Assembly: GCA_024274695.1 (NCBI GenBank)
Contig: JAJSAI010000026.1
Span: 1-35,827, forward strand
Length of the DNA stretch: 35,827 nt
From: an archaeon
GTDB lineage: Archaea; B1Sed10-29; JAJSAI01
Direction of reading: 5' to 3'
Part shown: piece after piece, positions 9,836-18,395 of the stretch
Numbering within the stretch: position 1 is the first letter of the stretch
How the letters are laid out: each line of letters begins with the position of its first letter
Program-made: the position numbers and the translations under genes
The notes under the pieces: model-generated
What the model saw: the letters and a program-made list of their open reading frames with translations, nothing else
Told to the model about the DNA's origin: nothing
Database searches by the model: none

Positions 9836-10252
9836 ATGAAGCTCTCGCGCCAGTCAGAACACCTGATAGTCTCCACACTCCTTGGGATACTTCTCTCTCT
9901 TTTATTCGGCCACAACCTGGCAGAAGACTTTCTGATTGTTGTAGCGTGCGTTTTCGGAGGCCTGTTCCCTGACTTTGACCAGAAGCTCGGGTTCGGGCAC
10001 AGGAATCCTATCTTTCATTCGTTCCTTATCCCTACAATAGTGGGGATTGCCCTCCCTAAGATCATCGTTGTTAGAGCTTTCACCCTCGGGTACGGGGCTC
10101 ACATGATCACGGACCTGGACAACCCTAAGCAGACCTGGAGGTACATAAAACAAACAACAGGAACCGCACTGCTCTGGGTTTCGATGATAATAGTGTTAAT
10201 GCTCTTCTTTGACATCTCCTTTTACGAGATCCTTAGGGTTTTAGGGGCATGA
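9836..10252 (+). CDS. Membrane-bound metal-dependent hydrolase (YdjM-like)
   Basis: N-terminal His, GGLFPDFD, GHRNPIFHS, GYGAHMITD; start moved to ATG 9836 downstream of a TATA-like CTTTTAAG. Confidence 0.82.
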   Translation: MKLSRQSEHLIVSTLLGILLSLLFGHNLAEDFLIVVACVFGGLFPDFDQKLGFGHRNPIFHSFLIPTIVGIALPKIIVVRAFTLGYGAHMITDLDNPKQTWRYIKQTTGTALLWVSMIIVLMLFFDISFYEILRVLGA

Positions 10253-11922
10253 GGTTTTTTGACTAAGTACATCCAAGACCAGCGCGCTTTGCCACTCGTT
10301 TTCTTCATATACTCCTCGAGACTGATTTCTTTTTTGGTCTCTGGGTCTGGAAAACCGAAGCGCTCGAACTCGAATCCCATGCGAGTAAAAAACTTGAGCG
10401 ATTCAGGGCTTAGCATCATCGCCTCTGCCCTGAGTCCCTTGAATCCTTTCGCCCTGGCAAGGTCAAACGAGTACTCCACAAGCCTTCTCCCGAATCCTTT
10501 TCCTTTCTCTGCAGAGAACAGCCATTCCATGGTGAGCGTCCCGTCCTCTTCCGGCACGAGGACGGCTCCCGCGACTGGTTCAGAATTCTTGAGCAGTACT
10601 AAATCAAACTCACTTTCTTCCTCATGGTCTAGGAAAACTTTTTCAGGATACTCTTCATAGGGGGTGTCCCTGATGGCTTTTTTCCATAAGCCTACTAGGC
10701 TTTTCCGGCCTCTGGCGGGTGAGATGTGCCATGACCGATGTTTATCTCTTCTTTCGCGTTCCAGCACCATCCTCTTTTTCAGGAACTCTTTAGGGCATTC
10801 TCCACCTGTTCCGAACACTCTCAGCGCTGGGCATACGTCACAAAACCCGATAAAGGCACAGTCCTTGCAAGAGCTTTTAGGCCCTGCCTCCATTATCCTC
10901 TTCTCAAGCTCAGGAGAGGGATTGTTCCCTATTAGATAGTCGCAGGTTGTCCTTTCAAACGGAGGATAGATAACCTTTTTCAGTCCCTCTGCCCCAGGGC
11001 ACTTGAGTATGCTAAAATCAACTAATTTTCCCGGGTCAAGTCCTCTTTCCATGATTTTTCTGACCAGTTCAGGATAAATGTCCCACCATTCGCCTTCAGG
11101 GATCACGCGGTCCTGCCCGTATCCTGGGACAGCATCCACTCTCTCAGGCCTTACTATCACTCTGTCAGAAAAGCCTTTGACCTCCTGTTCCAGCATGTCC
11201 AGCAATCCTGAGTACTCGTGCAAGTTATTCCTGTCAAGATTTGACCTGATGACAAGAAGGCCGCTGGAACTGTAAAGGTAGTGGAGCATATTGCTCCATA
11301 TTCTCCAGAAGGTCCCTTTACCGCCTTTCAAGAACCTTCTCTTGTCATGCACTTCAGGAGGCCCGTCCAAGGTTATTTGGACCTTCCGTAGCCAGGGGGC
11401 ACGGGCAACAAAATCTTTTGACAAAAGGTAGCCATTAGTCACGAGCGATCCTGTGAAGAACGTTCTTTTGTTCTCCTTGTTCAGGAGGCTCATGAACTTT
11501 AGGATGTTTTCCCTTTCGAGCAGGGGCTCTCCTCCAAAGAGGGACACGTGGAAAAATTTTTCGTTTCCTGCCGCGGTCAGCACATCATGCTTTAGTTTAC
11601 TCCAGTCTATGCTCAGGCGTCTTTTACATCGCTCAAAACAGTACGGGCACTCGAAATTGCAGTCAAGCGTGACCGCTACCTTTAAGCTGGCTGGTGCTGT
11701 CTTGCCCGGATTATGGGCTTTCCTTCCAAGAATGTTGACTGCCTTTTCAAGGTCCTTATCAGAAAAGCCTGTCTCTAGCTCTACCAGCGCACCGCTGTGA
11801 GACGATCCGAGGATAAACCCCCTGTCAGAAGGAAAGTAAAAGGAGAGGGGAATTGGTTTAACCGCTTTTTCAATCCTTTTCGCATCTGCTTCCGCACTCA
11901 GGTTTTCTGCATGCTGCTGCAT
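10222..11922 (-). CDS. Radical SAM/SPASM peptide maturase-like protein fused to a C-terminal GNAT acetyltransferase domain
   Basis: TLDCNFECPYCFE (CxxxCxxC), FGGEPLL, TNGYLL, QITLDGPPEVHDKRR, Cys-rich C...C...CKDC.....C..CP...C region, then GNAT motif A (KGKGFGRRLVEY) and FFTRMGFE. Confidence 0.88.
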   Translation of the reverse strand: MQQHAENLSAEADAKRIEKAVKPIPLSFYFPSDRGFILGSSHSGALVELETGFSDKDLEKAVNILGRKAHNPGKTAPASLKVAVTLDCNFECPYCFERCKRRLSIDWSKLKHDVLTAAGNEKFFHVSLFGGEPLLERENILKFMSLLNKENKRTFFTGSLVTNGYLLSKDFVARAPWLRKVQITLDGPPEVHDKRRFLKGGKGTFWRIWSNMLHYLYSSSGLLVIRSNLDRNNLHEYSGLLDMLEQEVKGFSDRVIVRPERVDAVPGYGQDRVIPEGEWWDIYPELVRKIMERGLDPGKLVDFSILKCPGAEGLKKVIYPPFERTTCDYLIGNNPSPELEKRIMEAGPKSSCKDCAFIGFCDVCPALRVFGTGGECPKEFLKKRMVLERERRDKHRSWHISPARGRKSLVGLWKKAIRDTPYEEYPEKVFLDHEEESEFDLVLLKNSEPVAGAVLVPEEDGTLTMEWLFSAEKGKGFGRRLVEYSFDLARAKGFKGLRAEAMMLSPESLKFFTRMGFEFERFGFPDPETKKEISLEEYMKKTSGKARWSWMYLVKKPHAPKTLRIS

Positions 11923-11989
11923 CAACGGTCATCCTCTTGGCTGAAGGTGGTATTATTACGACAAGCTTTTTCTCTGACGCGTGTTTCAT
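11870..11989 (-). CDS. Putative RiPP precursor peptide, 39 aa: MKHASEKKLVVIIPPSAKRMTVDAAACRKPECGSRCEKD
   Basis: Hand-translated, not in ORF track; GGGGAG SD 6 nt upstream of ATG, TATA-like TTTTATAT near 12026-12033, three Cys confined to the C-terminal third, directly upstream of and overlapping the rSAM gene. Confidence 0.65.
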   Translation of the reverse strand: MKHASEKKLVVIIPPSAKRMTVDAAACRKPECGSRCEKD

Positions 11990-12037
11990 TAACATCTCCC
12001 CTTAAGTTATCTTGAGTGAAGAGTAATATAAAAATTG

Positions 12038-13840
12038 TCATTCAGGCTTAGTTCTTTTACGTTTCTTCCTGCTCTTCTGTTTTTTGTAGGAATCTTCTTT
12101 GAGCAAGCCAAGGCTTTCCAGGACCCTCTTGCCCAGAGCCATGTCCCGCGACCCGCTTGCGATCTCCCTGAGATAGTGTTCCATGTGCTTGTTTCTCGCG
12201 AGAGCCAGCTTTTCTTTTCCTTTCATTGCGACCCTGATGTACTCTCCCATCTTCTCTCCGGCCAAGGACTCGGGTATCACCACAATGTCTGCCCCCGCGT
12301 CATACAACTCTATCACATCATGGGGCGTGTGGGCCCTGGCAAAGAATATGACCTTTTTGTTCTTCTTCTTGACCTCTTTTATCAGCGTTTTAGTGGTCTC
12401 CACGTCAGGGATTGTGGATATTATCATTTTCGCCTTGTCCAGGAAGAGCCTTTCCCTCACTTCTTCATTGTACGCGTCCCCGAAGATAACGTTGTACCCC
12501 CTTTCTTTCAGCGACTCCACGACATCCGGGTTGTAGTCTACTATCAGGAGTTTTCTCTTGCCTATCCTGGGGAGGATTCTGTTTCCTGACCTATCGCATC
12601 CTATGAGCACCACGTGATCCTTCCACTCTTTCTTAGGCTCTTCTCTGATAACCCTCCTGCTGAAGAACTCTCTGGTTATCTTCCGCTCAATCCTGTGGAA
12701 CAGGTAGTACACCTTGTTATTGTACCTGAAGGAGTAAGGGGTCAGCAGGATGGAGAAGATTATCACTATCGTCACCACGGAGAACAGTTCGGGAGTGAAC
12801 ACGCCCAGGTTGAGCCCGAGCATCGCGATTATGAAAGAGAACTCGCTCACCTGGCCCAGGGCCATGCCCGTGGTGACGGACACTCTGGCCCCGTATCCCA
12901 GCAGGAAGTATATCATTGCGCTGATCAGGGGCTTTGCTATTACTACTATGGCGAGCAGGGCGCCCAGGAGGATGAGATAGTTTTCCGGGGAGATTGATGT
13001 AAGCTGCATTCCCAGGGAGACGAAGAAGAGGGTTGCGAAAAAGTCCCTTAGAGACTTTATCTTCCCAAGGATCTCCATGTTGCAAGTGAAAGCCGACAAA
13101 GACATTCCTGCGATGAACGCCCCTATCGCTATAGAGAAGTGCAGTTGCGTGGCTATCCACATGAACGCAAAGCAAGTGGATACCGCGGTCAGGAACAAGA
13201 GTTCCTGGGACCGTACAGCAAAGTTGAGGACTTTTGGGACAACAAACTTGTTCGCCAAGAACGCTATCACTATCAGCCAAACCCCGCTGTACAAGATTCC
13301 CACGAACGCGTCCGCCGACATGAGCTCAACCCTCTCGCTTATGAAGGGCAGAACGAGGATGACTATGATGTCCTGTACTATCAGGATCCCTGTCAGGAGC
13401 CTGCCGTGCAGTGTGTCAAGCGCTCGGTTGTCTGACAGTATTTTTATGATGATCATGGTGGAGCTGAACGACACGATAAGGCCTATGAACACTGACGCCA
13501 TCTGAGGCAGGCCCAGAAGCCTGCTGACTGTGAAGCCCAGCAGGAACGTTAGGGCCACCTGAATGACCCCTGCCAGGGTGCTCACGAACCCCATCCCCCT
13601 GAGCTTGTCAAGACTTATCTCCACACCCGCCCCGAACAGCAGAAAAGCAATGCCCAGCTCTGAAAGGGCTCTTATCTCCTCGCTCCCGGTTATCAGCCCG
13701 AGGCCGAGGGGCCCGAGGGTAATGCCTGCTACAACGTACGCCAGCAGCAGAGGCTGCCGTAGTTTTTTCGCCACGAACCCCAGGAGCGTGGCTGTTACTA
13801 CCATCAGACCAATGTCAGAAAGGATCGCGTACCCGCTCAT
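12038..13840 (-). CDS. Cation:proton antiporter (CPA2/KefB-like) with C-terminal TrkA-N domain
   Basis: LRQPLLLAYVVAGITLGP, SELGIAFLLF, SFSSTMIIIKIL, GILIVQD, LRDFFATLFFVSLG, QVSEFSFII, VIFGDA, GADIVVIPE. Confidence 0.93.
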   Translation of the reverse strand: MSGYAILSDIGLMVVTATLLGFVAKKLRQPLLLAYVVAGITLGPLGLGLITGSEEIRALSELGIAFLLFGAGVEISLDKLRGMGFVSTLAGVIQVALTFLLGFTVSRLLGLPQMASVFIGLIVSFSSTMIIIKILSDNRALDTLHGRLLTGILIVQDIIVILVLPFISERVELMSADAFVGILYSGVWLIVIAFLANKFVVPKVLNFAVRSQELLFLTAVSTCFAFMWIATQLHFSIAIGAFIAGMSLSAFTCNMEILGKIKSLRDFFATLFFVSLGMQLTSISPENYLILLGALLAIVVIAKPLISAMIYFLLGYGARVSVTTGMALGQVSEFSFIIAMLGLNLGVFTPELFSVVTIVIIFSILLTPYSFRYNNKVYYLFHRIERKITREFFSRRVIREEPKKEWKDHVVLIGCDRSGNRILPRIGKRKLLIVDYNPDVVESLKERGYNVIFGDAYNEEVRERLFLDKAKMIISTIPDVETTKTLIKEVKKKNKKVIFFARAHTPHDVIELYDAGADIVVIPESLAGEKMGEYIRVAMKGKEKLALARNKHMEHYLREIASGSRDMALGKRVLESLGLLKEDSYKKQKSRKKRKRTKPE

Positions 13841-13919
13841 GGTATCCCTTGAAATGCGCTGCGGGTATATAAAGGCTGGCGAAAGGGCTTTTAGGGTCCT
13901 CGTCCAAAAGACGAGTATA

Positions 13920-14855
13920 ATGGAAGACCTGTTGTTCGCGGCGAAGTACCCCTTTTCCAGGAGAGCTCGGGACATTCTCTCAGAGTATGCCCTTACGGAT
14001 GACTATGACACGCTGGAAAAGGCTTACGAGCAGACGGTCTACTGGTTGAATGAACAGGACTACTACTCCGAACTAAAGGGAATGGAGAACGCGTCTCCCT
14101 CAGAACTGGAGTTCAAGGTGGTCTGCTTCCCTCTGGCTAAGATCATGGCAGGAGTCGCGGGCAGGCACGTTTTATCCAGGCTTGGGAAGGCGTTTGCAAA
14201 GCGCACCGAAGTGTTCCTGGTCAACAGCGGGGAAGACTCTTCCAGTCTCATGAAAGAACTTTTCGGTGATACAGAAAAGGTCCACGTAAAAGACTTCCTG
14301 GAGAACAGGCCTCCTGGCATAAAACTGGCTGAAACAGGTCTTGACAGAGGATGGGTTCCTGTGAACCGAGAGCTCGGGATAAAACTGGTGTCCAGGGCGG
14401 TGTATAACAGTATCCTGTCAACCAGAACCCCGAAAGGGCTTGGCAAGAACATCCTCTTTTTTGCCGGCGAGCTGGCAAAGGAAACATTCCCTGAAGAGCA
14501 GGTCACGGGCCCTGTGTCTTTCCCGTCCTTCCCGCCTTGCATACGAAAGATAATCAGCGATCTTGAATCAGGAGAAAAGGTCGGCCACGCTCCAAGATTT
14601 GTTCTGGCCACTTTCCTCGCGAACATAGGCATGTCCAAGGAAGAGATAGTAAAGTTCTACGAAAAACAGCCTAATTTTGACAGGAAAAAAACATTATACC
14701 ACGTTTCCAGCGTGTTCAAGGGCCAGGGCAGTGCGAAGTACAGCGTGCCCTCCTGCCGCACGCTGGAATCCTACGGGCTCTGCGTCAGGGACAGCACGTG
14801 CAAGTGGAGCCATCCTCTCACGTACTACAAGAGAAGGAGGAGGAAACTATCATGA
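13920..14855 (+). CDS. priL: DNA primase large subunit PriL (compact form)
   Basis: AKYPF N-terminus, FPPCI, H..RFVLATFL, Y..PSC.TL..YGLC....C...HPL.YY Fe-S domain; start moved to ATG 13920. Confidence 0.92.
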   Translation: MEDLLFAAKYPFSRRARDILSEYALTDDYDTLEKAYEQTVYWLNEQDYYSELKGMENASPSELEFKVVCFPLAKIMAGVAGRHVLSRLGKAFAKRTEVFLVNSGEDSSSLMKELFGDTEKVHVKDFLENRPPGIKLAETGLDRGWVPVNRELGIKLVSRAVYNSILSTRTPKGLGKNILFFAGELAKETFPEEQVTGPVSFPSFPPCIRKIISDLESGEKVGHAPRFVLATFLANIGMSKEEIVKFYEKQPNFDRKKTLYHVSSVFKGQGSAKYSVPSCRTLESYGLCVRDSTCKWSHPLTYYKRRRRKLS

Positions 14856-15769
14856 ACTGGCAAAACCCTTGGCTGGAGCAGAAGTTCAGAGAATACTATT
14901 CTGCCCACAGGCCCATTCCCCCTGCGGAAATAGAAAAAAGAGAGTTCGGGTACGGTCTCCAGAACAAGATAGACCTGCGGCACGTTTCCTTCCCCGACGA
15001 GCAGGAGTTTTACAAGTTCCTTGCAGGGGAGGCTCCGAGGTACATTAGCTATTCAGCGGCATTGTACGAGAGGCCTGACGCGCGGCCCATGCCAAAGAAA
15101 GGCTTTCTTGGGGCCGAGCTCGTGTTCGAGTTCGACGCCCACTGCGAGCACGGGAGAATAGTGTGCCCGGACTGCCTAGGAAAAGCAAAACAGGATACCT
15201 TCCGGTTAATAGAAGAGTTCCTGGTGCCTGACTTCGGGCTTTCCAAGAAAGAGATTACCGTGAACTTCAGCGGAGCAAGAGGATACCACATTCACGTTGA
15301 CAACGACTGGGCGCGGGAGCTGGGCAGGGACTCGCGCAGGGAAATAGCCGAGTTCATCACCGGGAGCGGGGTGGATCCTAAAAAACTTCCTCCGGAAAGC
15401 GTTTGGGCCAGGAAACTCGCGGGGGCGAGGGGGAAGAAGCGGGTCGAAAAGTTTCGGGAGACCGTGCTGGACATAGACGTTAACGTGACAGTAGACATCT
15501 CCCGGCTAATGAGAGTGCCTGACACCCTGCACGGTGGCACGGGCCTGCTCGCCGCAAGGGTAAGGGATCTGGAAAAGTTTGACCCCACAAGGGATCCTGT
15601 CGTTTTCCGGAACTACCCTGTTACTGTGCTCCTGTCTCAAGACTTTCCCGAGCACGAACTCAAGGGAGTTGCGTTCGGGCCCTGGAAAAAAGGAGAGGAA
15701 AAAACAGTCCCAGAATACCTTGCAGTACTGCTCGCGTGCTCTAACTCCGCGGTGGTTAAAAAGGATTAA
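14852..15769 (+). CDS. priS: DNA primase catalytic subunit PriS
   Basis: KREFGY, YSAALYERP, GAELVFEFDA, FSGARGYHIHV, IDVNVTVDISRLMRVPDTLHGGTGL; ATGA overlap with priL stop. Confidence 0.93.
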   Translation: MNWQNPWLEQKFREYYSAHRPIPPAEIEKREFGYGLQNKIDLRHVSFPDEQEFYKFLAGEAPRYISYSAALYERPDARPMPKKGFLGAELVFEFDAHCEHGRIVCPDCLGKAKQDTFRLIEEFLVPDFGLSKKEITVNFSGARGYHIHVDNDWARELGRDSRREIAEFITGSGVDPKKLPPESVWARKLAGARGKKRVEKFRETVLDIDVNVTVDISRLMRVPDTLHGGTGLLAARVRDLEKFDPTRDPVVFRNYPVTVLLSQDFPEHELKGVAFGPWKKGEEKTVPEYLAVLLACSNSAVVKKD

Positions 15770-15808
15770 ATAAGTAAAGCGCCGAACAAAAAGAAGGGGG
15801 TTTGGCCT

Positions 15809-16411
15809 TTGGACTACGAGACTCTCAGGAGACTTCAGAGGACTGAAAGGAACAACGCTGACCTGGCCAGTCTCCCGGAGGACTTTTACACCCAGCTCGC
15901 CGAGTACATAAACTCTCTGGTGAAAGAGTACAAGAGGACAGGCTCTCCTCAGGACATCATGAAACTGGAGAACGTGATCAAGATATCAAAAGACATATTC
16001 CAGAGAAGGTCTCAGAAAATGCTCTTGCACGCTCTGAGGACTCTGAAAGAGAACAGCAACAGCGCGCCCGAGCTCGTTGAAATAGAGAAAAAATGCTATC
16101 GGGACATTGTCAGCAGTCTGGAGGAAATGAACGGCGAGTTCGAAAAAGTGCTTACTGGAGAAAGGCCTGTTCTGGGCACCGAGGCCGCGGAAGAGGCGAG
16201 CAAGGCCCTGGAGAAAATAGAGGAGATTGGAGAGCCTGCGGGCGAAGAACAAACTTTAAATAGTGTTCTGGTGAGAATACTACAAAACGTTCCGAAATTC
16301 GTTTCCTCTGACATGCAGGAGTACGGGCCTTTCCAGCCACGCGACCTGGTAAGGTTGCCTGAAAAAGAGGCCAGGCTCCTGATAGAAAGAGGTTTTGCGG
16401 AGAAGGTGTAA
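15809..16411 (+). CDS. GINS complex subunit (Gins15/Gins51 type)
   Basis: LASLPEDFY helical A-domain, then VRILQNVPKFV...YGPF...DLVRLP..EA.LLIERG.AE B-domain; follows priS. Confidence 0.9.
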   Translation: MDYETLRRLQRTERNNADLASLPEDFYTQLAEYINSLVKEYKRTGSPQDIMKLENVIKISKDIFQRRSQKMLLHALRTLKENSNSAPELVEIEKKCYRDIVSSLEEMNGEFEKVLTGERPVLGTEAAEEASKALEKIEEIGEPAGEEQTLNSVLVRILQNVPKFVSSDMQEYGPFQPRDLVRLPEKEARLLIERGFAEKV

Positions 16412-16431
16412 TTTGTTATTTTTATCCCGCT

Positions 16432-17580
16432 TTAATTAACTTCCTCCTCTAAAAAAGTAGACACCTTAAATAATGCTTCATCTAGATCGTTCAGTTCTTG
16501 TTCCCCAATGTACATATTTAGCGGTAACAGGACAACTCTTTTATGAATTTCTTCTGCTTCAGGAAATCTTTTATTTTGCCATGAGGATGAAAAGAGAGGG
16601 TGTAAATGATAAGGGATGTACCAAGGTTGTATTGGGATTCCTTCCATATTTAGAGCCTTGATGATGAAGTTTTTTAAAGACGGTTTTACTTTTAGATAAA
16701 TAGGTAAAAGATGCACGGCAAAACGAGTACATTGTTTGGGCACTATAAATTGGTTTGAATATTTTTTAAAAATGTTTCTAATTTTTCTACCTGTATTCTT
16801 TCTGTATTTTATTATTTCTTCCATTCTTTCTAGGTGCAGGATGCCCAATAAGGCCTGAAATTCACTGATTCTGAAATTGTAACCTTTTATTACAGTATTT
16901 CCACGAACTTCTCCGTAGTTTGTTATAACCTCTATCTTTCTAGCGTACTCTGTATTATCTGTTATAATTGCTCCTCCTTCCCCAGTTGATAATATTTTGC
17001 CTTCATAAGTGCTAAAGCAAGAGATATCCCCAAAAGTCCCTACAAGTTTTCCATGTACTTTATTGCCAACAACCTGAGAGATGTCCTCTATTAATGGGAT
17101 TTCAAACTCTTCTTTAATTTTGGTGAACTCTACGATCCTTTCAGAGGGGTAGAATAAATGGACGGGTAGAATTGCTTTATTTTTGTTTTTCTTTGACAAT
17201 ATATTCCTAGTTTTTTTGGGATCGAGAAAGGGGTCTTCTAGACCTGAGACATCTGAAAATATTACTTTTTTGTTAACGTTAACAATCGCGTTTGGAGTAG
17301 AATGAGTTAACGGAGATGTTATGATCTCAGATGATTTTATAGATTCAAGCGCTACCATCAGGGCTGCTACTCCAGAGGAGGTTGCTTTAGCATACTTAAC
17401 ATCAAAGAATGAACGTAATAGTTCTTCATATTCTTTAGTTTTTTTACCGTGTTTAGAACTAAATCTTCTAGTTTTTAAGAGTTCAATGAACTTTTTTTCA
17501 TCTGTCTCTTGAAGATAAGTCATAAAAATTGGGAAGGCTTTCTTTCTAACAGGTTCTCCTCCGAAGATTGCCAATTTCAT
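16432..17580 (-). CDS. DegT/DnrJ/EryC1/StrS family PLP-dependent sugar aminotransferase
   Basis: KLAIFGGEPVR N-terminus, TSSGVAAL, AILPVHL, LIEDISQ, CFSTYEGKILSTGEGG (PLP Lys), GYNFRISEFQA. Confidence 0.92.
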   Translation of the reverse strand: MKLAIFGGEPVRKKAFPIFMTYLQETDEKKFIELLKTRRFSSKHGKKTKEYEELLRSFFDVKYAKATSSGVAALMVALESIKSSEIITSPLTHSTPNAIVNVNKKVIFSDVSGLEDPFLDPKKTRNILSKKNKNKAILPVHLFYPSERIVEFTKIKEEFEIPLIEDISQVVGNKVHGKLVGTFGDISCFSTYEGKILSTGEGGAIITDNTEYARKIEVITNYGEVRGNTVIKGYNFRISEFQALLGILHLERMEEIIKYRKNTGRKIRNIFKKYSNQFIVPKQCTRFAVHLLPIYLKVKPSLKNFIIKALNMEGIPIQPWYIPYHLHPLFSSSWQNKRFPEAEEIHKRVVLLPLNMYIGEQELNDLDEALFKVSTFLEEEVN

Positions 17581-18395
17581 AATATTTCCTCCATCGCCTC
17601 GTGAATAACTTGAAGTTCCTTATAGCTTGGTAAAACGGTTTGAGTCGTACTTTTTAAGAGGGAGCAGTGTGCTTGGGTTGTTAGATAAAACCATCTGTTA
17701 GTTTTGGAACCATTTATATTTAAGGAATCCAGTATCATTTCTTTTTTATTGCCTTTTTTAGATTTGTATTCAAATAAGATTTGATCGTTATCCTTGTGTT
17801 TTAAAACAATTTTAATATCTTTATTATCTTTAGTCGTAAAAGCATATTCTTTAATATATTTCTCTTCTTTTTTGTGATGGAATGTAACACCTTCCGGAAA
17901 AATATAACAGAGAACATCAACAGGATGACAGATGATATCCCTAATAGTTGTATCTTCATAAAACATTTTGGTAGTGAAGTATGTGATCCTAATTTTTTGT
18001 GGAATATTTTCTTTTATTTTTTGCACAATCGGAAGTAGTCTCCAATTATAGTTTCCATAAATTTTTTTGGCAATATCTTTTGAAATGTTTAGTAACTCAT
18101 GTCTATTCGAGCATACTGGTTTTTCGCATAAGATCACTTTTGCACTCCTTCCATAAGTTTCCAGAATTTTTTTGTGAGTTGAAGTAGGAGTTGCAATGAT
18201 AAGCAAGTCTGGTTTCTTTATGTGGTTGTTTAGGGGTTGCTTAAAATTTATTTTTTTAAACTCCTCCAACTTTTGCGTATCTATATCTGCAAGTTCTATC
18301 TCTTTAATTTCAGGGTTTAAAAGCGCTGCTAAAAAATGTATTTTTCCGATGTTTCCTATACCTATTATCTTTACGCTTGATTTCTTATCCAACAT
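17577..18395 (-). CDS. Gfo/Idh/MocA family NAD(P)-dependent oxidoreductase
   Basis: IIGIGNIGKIH Rossmann motif, IATPTSTH, ILCEKP, D..CHPVD. Confidence 0.88.
   Translation of the reverse strand: MLDKKSSVKIIGIGNIGKIHFLAALLNPEIKEIELADIDTQKLEEFKKINFKQPLNNHIKKPDLLIIATPTSTHKKILETYGRSAKVILCEKPVCSNRHELLNISKDIAKKIYGNYNWRLLPIVQKIKENIPQKIRITYFTTKMFYEDTTIRDIICHPVDVLCYIFPEGVTFHHKKEEKYIKEYAFTTKDNKDIKIVLKHKDNDQILFEYKSKKGNKKEMILDSLNINGSKTNRWFYLTTQAHCSLLKSTTQTVLPSYKELQVIHEAMEEIL

Noticed and set aside
13563-13975. Long N-terminal extensions of PriL and the antiporter in the ORF track
   Set aside because: They overlap each other on opposite strands; family-like sequence begins at 13920 and 13840 around a shared promoter region
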